The notes beneath the pieces were generated by a model that made no database searches, was not told the origin of the DNA, and saw only the letters and a program-made list of their open reading frames with translations. Shown here piece after piece: positions 18,281-31,722 of a stretch of 64,000 nt of DNA. Both the position numbers and the translations under genes were made by a program. Position 1 is the first letter of the stretch, and each line of letters starts with the position of its first letter. Origin of the DNA: Auanema rhodensis (taxonomy: Eukaryota; Animalia; Nematoda); assembly GCA_964057225.1 (NCBI GenBank), contig OZ059897.1, positions 14,694,001 through 14,758,000 of the forward strand, read 5' to 3'.

Positions 18281-20215
18281 ATGTCGTTTCAACCGGCCTT
18301 CAATGCTCGCCTGATTTCGGAAGTCAAGAAACACCCATGTCTGTATAATCATTCGAAACGTGGAAGCGGAGATACGACCGAACGGATGAAGATTTGGGAT
18401 CAAATTGCCGTCCAGGTCGACCAGAACTGTACAGGTATGACAGTTTTCAAGACTTCAACAATTTCTGACCTAGTTTACACAATAACATATGTTCAGCTCG
18501 ATACTTAAGTTCAAACTATAACTTTTACTTATATATTCTTCATGATACTGCTTTTTACTATCTGAAAATAACTATTATAAAGATTTATATTATGCTAAGC
18601 CGTTCCGTTGTTTCAACGATCAATAAAATATGAATATTTTAGGAGAATTTGCAAAAAAACGGTGGCTTCAACTTCGGGATCGTTATCGAAAAGAGCTGAA
18701 AGTTGCTATCCGACAAAATTTTTCTCAGCCGGTAAGGTGGTGCTACTTCTCTCATCTGAACTGGCTGGATCCCTATCTCAAGGACAATCTGTAAGTACTA
18801 TCATTTTTTCTTCCACTTCTACATACTCTCTAAAATTTGGAAAAGAATTTAATGTTCACTTTCGTCTGCCATTTTGTCGGATTATGCACTTTTTCTGTCC
18901 TATGACAACCTGAAGGTAATCTAATGGTACATGACCGGACGATGACGTTACTTCTGGTTGATAGCCGGCTACCAATCTTACCGTCATCATCAGCGAACAT
19001 GTATTTTCTGATCATCTGTATCGTCTGTGTAGCCAAGAAAGGTCTTAACCTTTGACAATAGCACAACGATTATAGCATTCATGATCTTAGAAATAGTTGA
19101 ATTTTATGTTTAAATATCAAAATATTAAATTGATGGGGGTATCATTTATTTATTCTTCAACTTCTAGAGCGCTAGCTAATGCTTGTGATACGTTGTCCGA
19201 ATGCTTGGATTACTCTAATATGGATCTTTCTTCACTGGCGCAGATTAAGACTGAAATTGATGATGGTAGGTGTTTTTGTTTTATTTGTTTACTAGTGAAT
19301 TTTTTCGTTTTGCAGTATTGGGACTTGAAGACAATGATTCAAATTCGGTTTTGTATGAATCTTCACTTGACAGAGTGCTAGCTGCTACTCACCGACATGA
19401 GAGTCGTTCACCAGCTTGTAAGTTTTTAAAATAAAATAACCTTAATTTTTAAACTAATTTTTTATAGTGGAAAATGATGAATCAGGTCCTCAGTCTGTGG
19501 GTACCTCAGGTGATGAAGATCGTGCAGATATTGCAACAACAACAACTGAAAGTGGAGGTGGAACGGAAGAACGCGATACAAGCTCCGGAAGTATTCGCGA
19601 CAGTGTAACAGATCCATTACTTCAGGTAGGGGGAGGATAGTGTTTTGTTTTAAAAAAAACTTATTGGGGCATAAGTCTTTACTTATTGTATCGTTTAGAT
19701 ATTACAAACAACTCCCTCAGCGTCAGCCTGTTTTTCTATTAAGGACCAGTTTCTAGCTCGCCAAGTTCAGCAACAGCAGATGGCTAAGCATATTTATCAG
19801 GTTTGTTCTTGTTCTTATTAGGTTATTACGATTTGTTTTACTATTCATCCATAAAAAAAATTATATAAACCTTCCCTGAAAGTTATTTTCCAGCAATCAG
19901 CTAAATCAGCCTTGGACTGGATGAACGATGAGGATATGTTGTACGCCAGAATCATTGGATTGCGTCTGAAGCGAATGCATCCTAAACGCCGGAGAAAGGT
20001 ACTCTTTATTTCAGACAAAACAGATCTAATTTAAGCGGTTTCAGCTTCGTACTCAAATATTGTCCCTACTAGAAGATGATGAATTATTTGACGATGATAC
20101 TGGTTCTCCACCTCCTCCAAGTAAATGTCCTAAGTTAGAAGAGGATGTTTTAACAGCTTGTATGGATAAACCATCAAACAATGGCGATTTATCAGTATCT
20201 ACGATAGTCGCTTAA
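18281..20215 (+). CDS. MADF-domain (Myb/SANT-like, Adf-1 family) transcription factor with a C-terminal BESS-like motif
   Basis: About eight exons, the first two being 18281-18434 and 18643-18790. MADF domain: FNARLISEVKKHPCLYNHS...MKIWDQIA...FAKKRWLQLRDRYRKELK...WCYFSHLNWLDPYL. The C-terminal DEDMLYARIIGLRLKRMHPKRRRKLRTQILSLL is BESS-like. There is an in-frame stop upstream of the ATG and a ttttccag acceptor at 18238. Confidence 0.88.
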
Positions 20216-20943
20216 AACGTTTGATATATTCATTTCTAGTTAGTTAAATCACCGAACTTTTCATGATATCATTACAAGATCAAACTTTTAAAAAGTTTTG
20301 AATAAAATGGAAAGATTTTCAAATACTCTGATACCTCCTCTTTCTCTGGTCCATATACCTCTATTATTCAAATTCGGTTCTGTGATCTGAGTATCTCGAA
20401 TGACGAACTTCTTAATAACTTTGCTCAAACACAATACATATTGGATTTTTAACTTTAAATTAAGAAAACTACTTGTCGTTAAGAGTTCTCGCATTTTCTC
20501 GTACAACGGGCTTCATGTATTCCCTTATTGCTTCATGTAGTCTCTTAAGATGTTTATGTGTACCGTGATCTTGACTTGCTTTTGACCGTGCATGTAGTCT
20601 TTTTTTCTCCTCATTTTGATCTACCTCAAGCCAGACAGATTGTGATATTGAGATTATCTATCATTTCTATTTTTGAAGCTTGACAGTTTGTGTTCTGGCC
20701 TGTCTTCGGCACTCTACCAGCTCCTTCGAAATATAATTTTCAGATAGTCTATTTATATAATACACGTAGCCTACTTTGTATAGCTGAAAGCGTAGTTTGT
20801 ATTTTTCATTAGGATTTATAACAGATCAGAGACTATATTAGAAGTATCTGTTTCTTTTCATTCGAAATGTCATGTATGACTGTGGCTTTATATTCATTTA
20901 TAACCCGAGAGCACATCATATACTATTTAAATTTATGTATAAA

Positions 20944-20947
20944 TATA

Positions 20948-20985
<38 letters not shown>
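20944..20985. repeat. (AT)n microsatellite
   Basis: TA dinucleotide run with one G interruption. Confidence 0.85.
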
Positions 20986-20987
<2 letters not shown>

Positions 20988-23900
20988 AGCTCATATCGAG
21001 CTTTTAATTCCTGAAAATAACCAAAGTTTCAACATTTTCTTATTTTCTGAGTCTCTCTACCTTCTTTCATATTCTCATAATTTGTATGTATATCACTTGG
21101 CTTATCTCATATCTTTAACAATCTTGCCAAAAACATTGGATATTTAACATAATCATCATTATAGGCCAATAAGCCATGTTTGTTTGTTTGATTGTTTTTT
21201 ACCTGGTTGTCATAGTTTTGCTGCCTCTACAAGCTTGCCAGTAGTACAAACCTCTGTCCTCCTCTCCTACCTACCCATCTCTCGGTTATTCTGGCTGGCG
21301 AACATTCACTTGCCTTTTTCCCACAGGGACACGTGTATCAGTTTTTTTTACATTTTAGATCTTTTTTTTTTTTCATAGAATATTTATTGTTTTTTATGCA
21401 TTTGAATATTAAAAGTATTTCTTCAAAAAAACATTTTTTTTCATATTCGAGAGATGATAAGAACCAAAGAACTTTCATAAGTTTATCATAGAGTATGTTG
21501 ATAAAGAAAAATTTGTGGGTAATATCAGTTGGTCGTTTCCATTTCCGATGCTAGCTATTAATTAAGAAAGCTGAGATTACAAGATTTCTAACTTTCAGTT
21601 TCAAATACAGTGTTTCTATTTTTGTCTCGTCATTTATCCAAAAAATTCGTCAGCTTATTGGCTATAAAAATATTTCATTAAAATGTTGATTATATTATTT
21701 TGAACACATGGTTGTGTTTAGACTAGAATAAGCCGTATGGAGATCACTTGTACCTTGGCTAGGGTTACATCTTAATTCAATTATAAGGTGTGAAGAATGC
21801 AGATAAGAAAGCAATAAATAATAATAACATTATAATATTTTATGAAAGTCCAAAGGTTTTGGACCTTGTAACCAGTCTGAAATGTGTTTATGTGCTTTGC
21901 ACATTTTAAATTCTTTGTTAGTTTTTCATATGAACTTGAAGTTCCGAAAAAAAAATTAAGGAGAAACACGTGCTATATTCAAGGAATATCATGAACCTTG
22001 ATTCACAGAGCTAACTTTGATAAGAGCACGCCGAAACTCATCGCGCGAGGGAGAGCATAAAAAGATTGATAAGAAATTTAAAAAGACAAAAGAGAATAAT
22101 ATAAATAAATTGGTTTTTCGGATTCTCTTAATTTTCTTTGATATCTTGTAGATGCTCCTCTTTTTCCTTTCAGTTAATGACAATTTCTAGCATTTTGATA
22201 TCAACGATAGCAATCATGACTTCTATCTTAGCCATTGACATTTCAATCGATAAGTATTGCTTTTTAAAAGTCACTATAGATTTTCTGAAGTTGACAATAG
22301 TACGCATGTGACTGCATTATCTTTAAAAATCAGAGTCACGTGAATATTCTGGGAAGTGCGTGAAGAACGTGAAGTCCGCGAATATCCCGTACGACCATAA
22401 AACAGGTAAACTAGTCTTCATTTCATTTATCATAAGCACGCCGCGTTGAAGGGTTGTCCAGTCGCAGAGGTCTATGCTTCTAAGGCTTTGATTTTGAGAT
22501 GGTATGTTTACTTTTGAATTTTTGTCTATATGCATTATCTTTGAAAGATAGAGTTTATCTCCTCAAACATAACTATATTCCAAAATATTTCTATAGTTTT
22601 TTTAAAGATTTTTTAGCTGAAATCATATTCGTTACCAAATATATGCTTACTAAGAATCAATAAAATAATTTGATAGATTTCAATCATCACAGTGGAAATC
22701 AACGGTTTCGCACAGGCTTTTTGTAAACTTTCTTATTACAAAACAACCTTGCGGTTTCATTCCATTTAAACTTCGTTGTATCATATAGTTTCAAAGAAAT
22801 CTTTCATAGAAAGCTCAGTTTTCAAAACACGTATTGAAAAAGAAAGTAATAGGACTATTATTATTTTGATTTGTTGTGTATCAGATGTATTACTAATTTG
22901 ATAGACTTTCACCTATGACCCCCCCCCCCTCAATGATCTGAGAAAATAAGTTATGATGAACCTTCGGACTCATAAAATGAATGTGAAAATGTGAAGATTT
23001 TTTGATGGTTTTAGTAGATATTTAATTATCACTAGTCTTATCAGATATATAGATATATGTATAAAAAGAAAAATCTCATATAATATATAGATATATATAT
23101 GGAGCTTCTTTGTTCCCTACCTAGCTTGACTTCATTATCAGTAAAATTAGTGTCTAGGTCAAGAAAATAACTCTGCGTGTTTCAGAACCGAAGCCGCACC
23201 ATTTCACTTACTTTGACGGCTTGTTTCCGACAGAACAATTTTTCAAGTTGGTTGATTTTTTCTATTTTTGTATTTCTTTCGGATTATTTTTTTAAGGTCA
23301 ATAAAAGTATATTTCCGAATAATCAAAGCACTCCTTTTGAGATCTATGAAATTTCAATTATAAAAGAGCGAAAATCTAGCTTTTAATTTCTGAAAACATG
23401 AGAACAGTTATTTCTTGCAAGTTATAAAAATGAAAATTTTTTTGCTTGATAGTAATTCTTGTTTATATGAAATATATTATTTTTGAATTTATAAAATATT
23501 TTAGATAAGATTCTAAAAGGGACTAGAAATCGTAGTTATAGCAGCAGTGTCACTATGCCGCCTTTCTCTTTCTGTCATGCACCAATTGAGAAGACTTTTG
23601 TAGACAAAGGTTTGTTTATGTTTCATTTTTCAACACATTTTATTTATTATCTATCTGTTTATTTATGAACAATCTTATATCTGGGAAATTCTTTGTAACT
23701 AGAATATCTGAATATTTTTCCATTACTTTGAAAATGCTGGGGCTAGCGGAAAATCTTTTGTCCAAGTCCTACCATATAGAAAAGGGTTACATCAAATTTG
23801 AACTATTTCTGTATTCATTAGTAAAATAGTATAAAATGATAAATATTTCAAAAATATGATTAAGTTAAAATCTTTAGTTATGAGTGCCGACCGAACTCAT

Positions 23901-26449
23901 ATATGTTTGCGAAAGACCCTTGCTTTGTAATTGACTGACTTATTTTGGTTTCGTTATATCCTTCCATTTTCTTCTGAATCCATCTACTCTTACAAAAGTC
24001 ATCAAACATATTCAGTTATCTGTATCATATTCTATGGCCCTATTCGTCTTCCTCTCCCAAGATTATAACACTGATTTCCCCAAAAAAGTGACGTGAAAAC
24101 TGAGTTTTATCTTCATAAATATTATTTTTATTTAAACTATGATTCCTTACTACTGCTTATAGCTAGCTCTATGATCCAAATGCTCTCTTTTACTGCTATC
24201 TTATCTATTTTTTGAGAATTATTTCAAGAAATGAAAAAAAGTTTATGATACATTTGACATGAGCGGTTGATTTGTGAATTTATGATGAGTCTTCATAGTG
24301 CATATCCAATATTTCGCAGACATATAGTCCGTAATTCTAACGAAAAGGTCCATTTCTATTGAATTGAGAAAACAAGCAAATAGCATATCATAAACCATAT
24401 GCCATATGATTTTTGATATTCGGCTTTCAATTATCTCCGTCATCGAAAAAAAGCCAATTTTTGTTGACATCATATGTTCTCATTTTCTGAGAAACTCTAG
24501 CTTTTTTAGTTTGCTTTCTCATAAGTGTTTTGTTATGTTATCTCCAACAACTACATATGAATGGTGATATATAAGAAAACAAGAGCTCATTGACAGCGGT
24601 ATCACCATTTTCAATTATTTTGTGTTTTGCCAGATTTCAAATATCATATCCCATATTGACGAGCGATCCAAGTCCTTCAATAATTCAAACAACATTCTTC
24701 ATTAGGACCCGTTTTCGACTACATATTTACTCCAGAAATTTGTTCTAAATCGTATTTTGAATACTTGCATTCTTAGTAAAATGCTTCTCCTCTTCCATTC
24801 GATGGATCACATCATTTGATTTTTCTACTCATCCTTATGCCTAAAATCATCAAACTGCCCATATTTTCATAATTCTTCCTCTGACCCCAACTCTCCTTTA
24901 CAACCGAATTCTCATCTTCTTTGATACTCTAACTTCTTTCTATAATTCCTGTATAACACATTTTAGAAAAAAATAAGGTTGGATAACATTTCGCTTTGCT
25001 CTCCAATGGTCCCTATTCGTTTTTTTTAATATGAAAACTACATGGTTCAAATGACCTTTCTATCCTGTTCCCCTCCCCTTTTCTCTGGTTTCTCTAGCCT
25101 GCTCTCTTTCATCATCTAAGCTTTTTGTCTCTCTCTCTCTCTCATCCCCTCTATCTCTCTTTTTCTCTTCTTTGTGTCCGCAACATACTCTGCAGCTCTC
25201 TCCCACCCGCAGTCAGCCATCCAACCAGCCAACCCGCTTCCCCAGCTAGTCACGATGAGATTTCTTTCGTTAAAGCCTTTTTCTTCTTTTCATATGTCAG
25301 TTTAAGTCTTTCTCTCACGTGACTTAGCTATATTTGGCTTAAACAAAAATTTCGAAATATAAATTTTTCTTTTATTTAATTATATAATCTTATATTTGTT
25401 TTTTAAAGAGCGTCTTTTCTTAACTTATAGTAATCTATGGAAAATGTTTTTAAAAATATTTTCTTTATGTACTGGTTCCTTTTTGATATCGTTCTTTTCA
25501 TAGTTCCAAATCATAACTTATCGAAATATGTTTTTTATTGAATTGATAATGCTTTTTACTTTATAAATCTTGGCATTTTTGCCAACTACAATCGATTATT
25601 CTCGTGATTGCACTCAAACGAATTACTCCAATTGGGCATTTTTCTTTTTTAAATTTCTCAATTTTAGCAGGTTTTCATTCTTAAAAATGATCGAAAAAGA
25701 ATTTTTTTATGTTCAATTTGTTTTCTTTTCATCATCTTATCATAGTTATACCTTAAAGTATCAGTAAATATTTGTTTTTCGAAGCATTTTCTCAACAAAT
25801 CTGTAGGGATTCGTTGAAGTTGGATTGTATATGGACAAAGTTTAATTGTATTTTGAAATAATATATGTTCTGCATGTCTCGATATTAGCCGCTTCTGCTT
25901 AAAAATTCATCTTGTGTATAGCCTAGAACATACATACGAGTGTTATTGATTTGGCCCAGAGCTAACACTGCTTAAGGTATATAGAATTCTATTAGTTTTT
26001 GTTAAGCGGTCAAGGTTCACTCAGAATTTAGTTCCAATTATCTGCAAAAATAAAAAAGAAGAAAAGAAACTTTTCTCTGTCCTTAAGTCTTAAGCAGATC
26101 TGTTGAGAGCAAGGGGAGAGCAGCTGGTTTGTTGCGTCATTTTATGCCGAGCCAATGCTGCGTCCATGTGTACCCAATGTTCTCACGATTTTAATGTAAT
26201 TTCCCCATCTCTTTGTCTACTGTTTATCCCCTATAGACAGGATTATTCATTATAAAACAGATCACTATCTATTGGTCAGTATAAAACTCCCTTAACGATA
26301 TGACGTTTTTTTTACAACAACGTTCGTTATTTGCGCTTTTTGTTAGCGTTTCTCAATTTTTCATCTTTGTGAATTGTTACTCCCTTGCATTGTTTTTATT
26401 TTTTTTTTTACTTAATGATGTTCTGATAATGAATATTCCCATTTTAGCC

Positions 26450-29400
26450 ATGGCGTCCCCGCGTGGGCGCACGCGGGTGTGCTTTGCTGTACATGTGGAA
26501 AATCTTTTATCATACGAGTTTGTTATGGTAGCAGGATCATGCGAAGAACTAGGTAAATGGGATCCCCAGAGCGCCATCGTTTTAACTCAAGATTCTGAAA
26601 ATCCGTAAGTGATTTTAGTAACTAGACTGTTGAATCTTGTTGATTTTGATAAATTTTAGAACTCGTTGGGTTGGCCATGTAATGACAAATGACAGGTCTT
26701 TGAGTTTTCGATATTTCCTTGCATATAAATTGAGTGGTGAAAGTGGCGAGCGTCTCATTATTTGTAAGAAATATATCTGCAGTATTTTCAATAATTTTTG
26801 CTATTAGCTCGCTGGGAATCTTTTCTTCACCCTCGCTCTGTGCTTGTGCCTGCTGAACAAAGAAACGGAGTTTGCCGATCGATGCAAGTAGATCTCTTCG
26901 GCTATTACGGTACATTTCATTAAATATCTCTCAACTTCAATTTTTGATATTCAGCTGGACAACGTTTGCTCTCTGACGGATGGCTACAACATGAGGATGA
27001 GTATCAAATTATGTTACGTCTTCACGGAAAAGCTCTCAAGTTTTTCAAAACCACGGCTAAGGACCGTAAGAATTGCAGAATTCGAATCACACCACTTGAT
27101 GTTAGGAAAAAGCATGTAAGAATTTTTTCTTATCAATGTTTTCAAAGTCATTTTCTATCTCAGGAGTTTGTTAAAGGCATATCTATGTCGCAAAATAATC
27201 AAGAAACCGAAACTTGTGTTGATGAAGAAGACGATGAAGAAGATACTTCGATTGTTTCTTCTCCATACCCCACACATTCTGCTACTGATATAGCTGTGAG
27301 TAGTTGATGCCAATAGAAAAAAAATATTTTTCTTATTAAAATCCTTTTGTAGGTACTATCTGATGTTAGCCCCAGATTCAAGAGACAGCCTTGTACAGGT
27401 GTTGTATTCAACAATAACAAGGATTATTTGGTGTTCAAAACACATTCTGTTGCTGTTGAATACTTGGTAAACTGAATCAGGAATTATATTTTGTTATTTG
27501 GCTATTCCAGGCTTTCTATGTTGAAGTATTTTCTGAAGAGCAAAAAAGAATTGGAGCTTGCTATGCTCTACCATCTTCTTTATCTGACAGTTTTGGTGCC
27601 ACTCAACTTCCATTTATCAATTCTGCTGGTCGTCCAATTGGACAAATATGCTGTTAGTTAATAAAATATGAAATTATTTATTTCAAAAAATTTTCAGTGG
27701 AATACCTTTTTGTTCGAAGTGTTCAAAAACGTGTTCCATATCAGACTATGGAGAAGTCGTTCGCTCGATACTGGAAAAAGCGTACAACTTTAGAGGTTGG
27801 TCATAGAGGAGCCGGAAGTTCTTATACAAAGTAGGATTTTGCCAACATTGAAATCGTTAAAATTTAAATTCTTAGACTAGCAATGGCTAGAGAAAATACA
27901 ATTCATTCACTCAACACGGCAGCGAAAAACGGAGCAGATTTTGTGGAATTTGATGTACAACTTACTAAAGACAAAGTAATTTTAGCTTAAATATTTTAAA
28001 ACTGTTATAATAAGATTTTACTTCATTTAGGATATGATATAACCATATATTTTGTAGATAGCTGTCATTTATCACGATTTCCATGTGTTGGTTTCTGTTG
28101 CTAAGCGAGGCTTGAACTCCATATCAAACATGGATGAAGGTGTAGAATATCATGAAATAGCTGTGAAGGATTTGAAATTGAATCAATTGAAACTTCTCAT
28201 GGTATGTCATTCAGTATATTTCAAAGTAAACACTGATTTCGACTATCAATGAATACAAATTGTTTTTATCATTTGTATGTAATTGAAAAGTCGCAAATCA
28301 ATTTTGGTCATTTGATACCTTATGCTGTTTATTTCCAATGTTTGTAGATCTAATTTTTATATATTTCAGCTTGACCATGTAAGCAAACGTGAAGCTCCGA
28401 ATAAGAACCAAGAGAACAATGAAGAAGAAGAATTGAAGCCATTCCCAACTCTTGTTGAAGCACTCAACAAAGTTGATAAAGATGTTGGTTTCAATGTAGA
28501 AGTCAAATATCCAATGATGCAAACGGTTAGCTTTCTGTTGTTGTTTTTGTTTTCTTGACTCTCTCATGGGATATCTTTTGGGCCACAATTTCGATTTTTC
28601 TCGTTTTACTATACTAGGAGTAGAACTTCTATGCATTTTTCTAATTTTTATATTATTTAGAACGGAGAACACGAATGTGATCATTACTTTGAACGAAACG
28701 AATTCGTTGATATTATTTTGGCTGATATTCTCAATCATGCTAGTGGAAGACGCATTATGTTCAGTAGCTTCGATCCAGATATTTGTTCTTTGTAAGTTTG
28801 CCATCCCTTTTACTAATTTAACTAGCTGATATTTCAGAATTTCAATGAAACAGAATAAATATCCTGTACTATTCTTATGCGTTGGTGAAACCACTAGATA
28901 CACACCGTTTTCCGATCAAAGGACTAGTACAAGTTTGACAGCCGTCAACTTCGCAGCAGGAGCTGATATTTTGGTTTGTCATTTCGTTAGTCGAGAAAAA
29001 CTCATTGTATATCAAATTTAGGGAGTTAACTTCAATTCGGAAGATCTCTTGAAGGATCCATACCCTATTCAAAGAGCAAGTGAATTCGGTTTGGTTAGCT
29101 TTGTATGGGGAGATGATTTGGACAAAAAAGTAAATAATATAATAATTTTAATGTATAATCTATTGTTTCTAGGAAACTCTTAATTATTTCAAACGAGAGT
29201 TAGGTGTAGATGGACTGATCTATGATCGGTAAGCTTAATTCTAAAGGAATATTATTATTATCTTTTTAAGCTTTATATTAAATTTTTAAATTTTCAGTAT
29301 TGGAGAAGAAGAAGGAAGAAGAAATGTTTTTATTGTCGAAAGAGAACAGAAACGAGCATTATTTTTAGCTTCTTCTGGCCAAAGCACTCCAAGGTATCTT

Positions 29401-29595
29401 ATTATTGTATTGAGGCATAAATGAAATTAATTGTTTAGAGCACCTTCTCCTGTAGAGTCAGTAAGCTCTACGTCGTCCAATTTCAGTGAACTGATTTCGC
29501 CCAAACGTGTAGACCAACTACCATCTTTAGACATGGAAATCAATAAGATTAATATTCATAATCAATCTCCACGGGTGGAAATTACACAATCATAA
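26450..29595 (+). CDS. GPCPD1: Glycerophosphocholine phosphodiesterase GPCPD1 (CBM20 + GDPD domains), gpcp-1/gpcp-2 family
   Basis: About 17 exons, all GT-AG. CBM20-like start [15 protein letters not shown]...[13 protein letters not shown] motifs [47 protein letters not shown] and GVDGLIYDR are present. The ATG follows ttttagCC. Confidence 0.93.
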
Positions 29596-30169
29596 AGATT
29601 CACTGCTTATTTGATTGACAAATATGGTCAGCTTTGCTCAGAAGCTCCATTTTTTTTTCGCTTTTAGATTATTTATTTCTCTTTATATCTCCTGAAATTT
29701 GCATTTTCATTTTCATCAGGGTTGTTTTATAACTTTTTTGTTAGGAATTTTCGTTTTATAATAACTGCTCGAGCTTGGAGGCAGTTTTAGGCCTTTGTTT
29801 TAAGAAAAAATTTCAATGAAATTGTCTCCCTTGTCAAAAATTATTTTTTTGCAGGTGTTCTAATCAGCTGTAATCATTTTTTTACTCTATGAGTGAGTAG
29901 TCTTCCATTCACATATTTTATATGTAATAAGATTGAATTTATTCTTATTTCACTAAACATTTGAATGATACAAGTTTCTATGACGACGAGAATTTAAATA
30001 TAAGATAATTAGATGCTGATTCTACGAATATTATTTTACAAAAGATAATAATGAGGAAAATCTTTCTACTTACTGAAGAAAGTATTAGCCGATTGTGCTA
30101 TTTGATTATGATGGGTTGGATTTGTGAATATGCAATGTATATCACAGTTATCTTGCGCTCATTTCGGGA

Positions 30170-31444
30170 ATGATGACCCGCTCTCTTTCTGTCTGGAGTT
30201 GGATTATTTTAGTTATGGCTATTCCCAGCTTTTTTCTTTATATATTTATAATTATTATGTTAATTATACGACATAAAAACAAACAATTCAAATCATGCTA
30301 TTATAATTTAGTAATATCACAGGTATTATTATGTTTTCATTATAGTTAAACATAAATTGTTAAGGGGATAACTGATATTATCTCAACTAATTCACAAATG
30401 TTTTTTGAAGTAGGATTTCAGATCGATTTAGTGAGTTCAATCAATAGTCATTTAATAGTTTATATTTATGATAAATGTAGATAGCTGATTATGTTTGGAA
30501 ACATCGAGCAAGTAAATTAGCTGCTTGGAGTTACCTCCATGTTTTTGTTTTTGTTTTTGCCAGAATGATTGGAATAGTTATGTTTTCAATTCAAAGATAT
30601 CTTTCAATTTCACAAAATAAAAGTTATCTGAATAGAGTAAGTTAAAACGCTTTGACCTACTTATGATAGGTCATTTAGTTGGTAAATTCCATACCAGGAA
30701 TATGTTATTGTCTTTTTCATGGAACCTTGTCTATAGCATTATCTTTTCCTATAATGTATGCTACTACACGATTTGCTTTTAAAGACGAATCTCTGGCTCT
30801 TATTACCAGTCCAGAACAAGACAAGGTATACATGAGTTTTTTCGATTATCAAAACTATGAAAAACTAAGGACATTTGGGGTAATATTTGGTATACAACAT
30901 ACTTTCTCATAGCTTCTTTTGTGATATCTCTAGTATTTTATTTAATGGCTCTACGAACATATCATCGCAATATTTCCAAGTAAGTTCTAAAAATCCTTAT
31001 ACAACAAATTTAAAAATACGGGTAATGCAACTGGAATAGTTTCAATATTTCAGTGGACTACTACAAGAAAAACCACATGTTATTCACAGTGCAATATTAA
31101 TTTTACAACTATCATTAACTCTTATTTATTTTGTAATTACAGTAAGTGCTCCACAAGAAGAGGTAAAATTTCCTTCTTGATGTAGTTCTACAATATTCAC
31201 TTTGCAGAATTTTCCTGAGATCTTTCAAGATCGTTTTAGCATCTGTTCTGGTTTATTATCATATCCAACCCCATGGTATTTAATCTACATTGATCCCAAT
31301 ATACGGTAAAGAGACTACTATGCCTTTTAAACAATATTAATTTGTTGAAGAACTCTGTTCCAACGACCAAGAAAACGCAACCAAAAACTACTACAAGGAT
31401 TAAACTCTCTTCATTCTAACAACAGTATTCCTGCAGTTACTTAA
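30170..31444 (+). CDS. Nematode serpentine chemoreceptor (7TM; srv/srg-class-like)
   Basis: About eight exons splice in frame: MMTRSLSVWSWIILVMAIPSFFLYIFIIIMLIIRHKNKQFKSCYYNLVISQ|GITDII...MFSIQRYLSI...GLLSYPTPWYLIYIDPNIR. There are seven hydrophobic segments with a QRY motif after TM3. Confidence 0.8.
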
Positions 31445-31559
31445 TATATGATTTACCTTAAATTGAATGTAATAGAGTGAGCAATAAACATACGGAGCAC
31501 CAAGAAAACGATCGCTCATTCCTCAATTTGTGGCGGGATGATTTTTGACCATTTTCATT

Positions 31560-31575
31560 TTCGAATTACCGCCCA
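31560..31575 (-). promoter_or_regulatory. CDE-CHR (DREAM/E2F-MuvB) element upstream of the cyclin-like gene
   Basis: The minus strand reads TGGGCG-GTAA-TTCGAA, an exact fit to BSSSSS-N4-TTYRAA, ~150 bp before the ATG. A second E2F-like TGGCGGGA lies at 31531-31538. Confidence 0.55.
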
Positions 31576-31722
31576 AATAAACTGAAGAATTATTACTATA
31601 CGGGTAATATGTCGATTAACCTATGCTAATTACTATTATAGTAATATATGTATGTGAATTGATGTAAATATGTTTGTATTGATCAGAGTTTTATATAAAT
31701 AGTTATTTTTCCTTTAGTTTTT

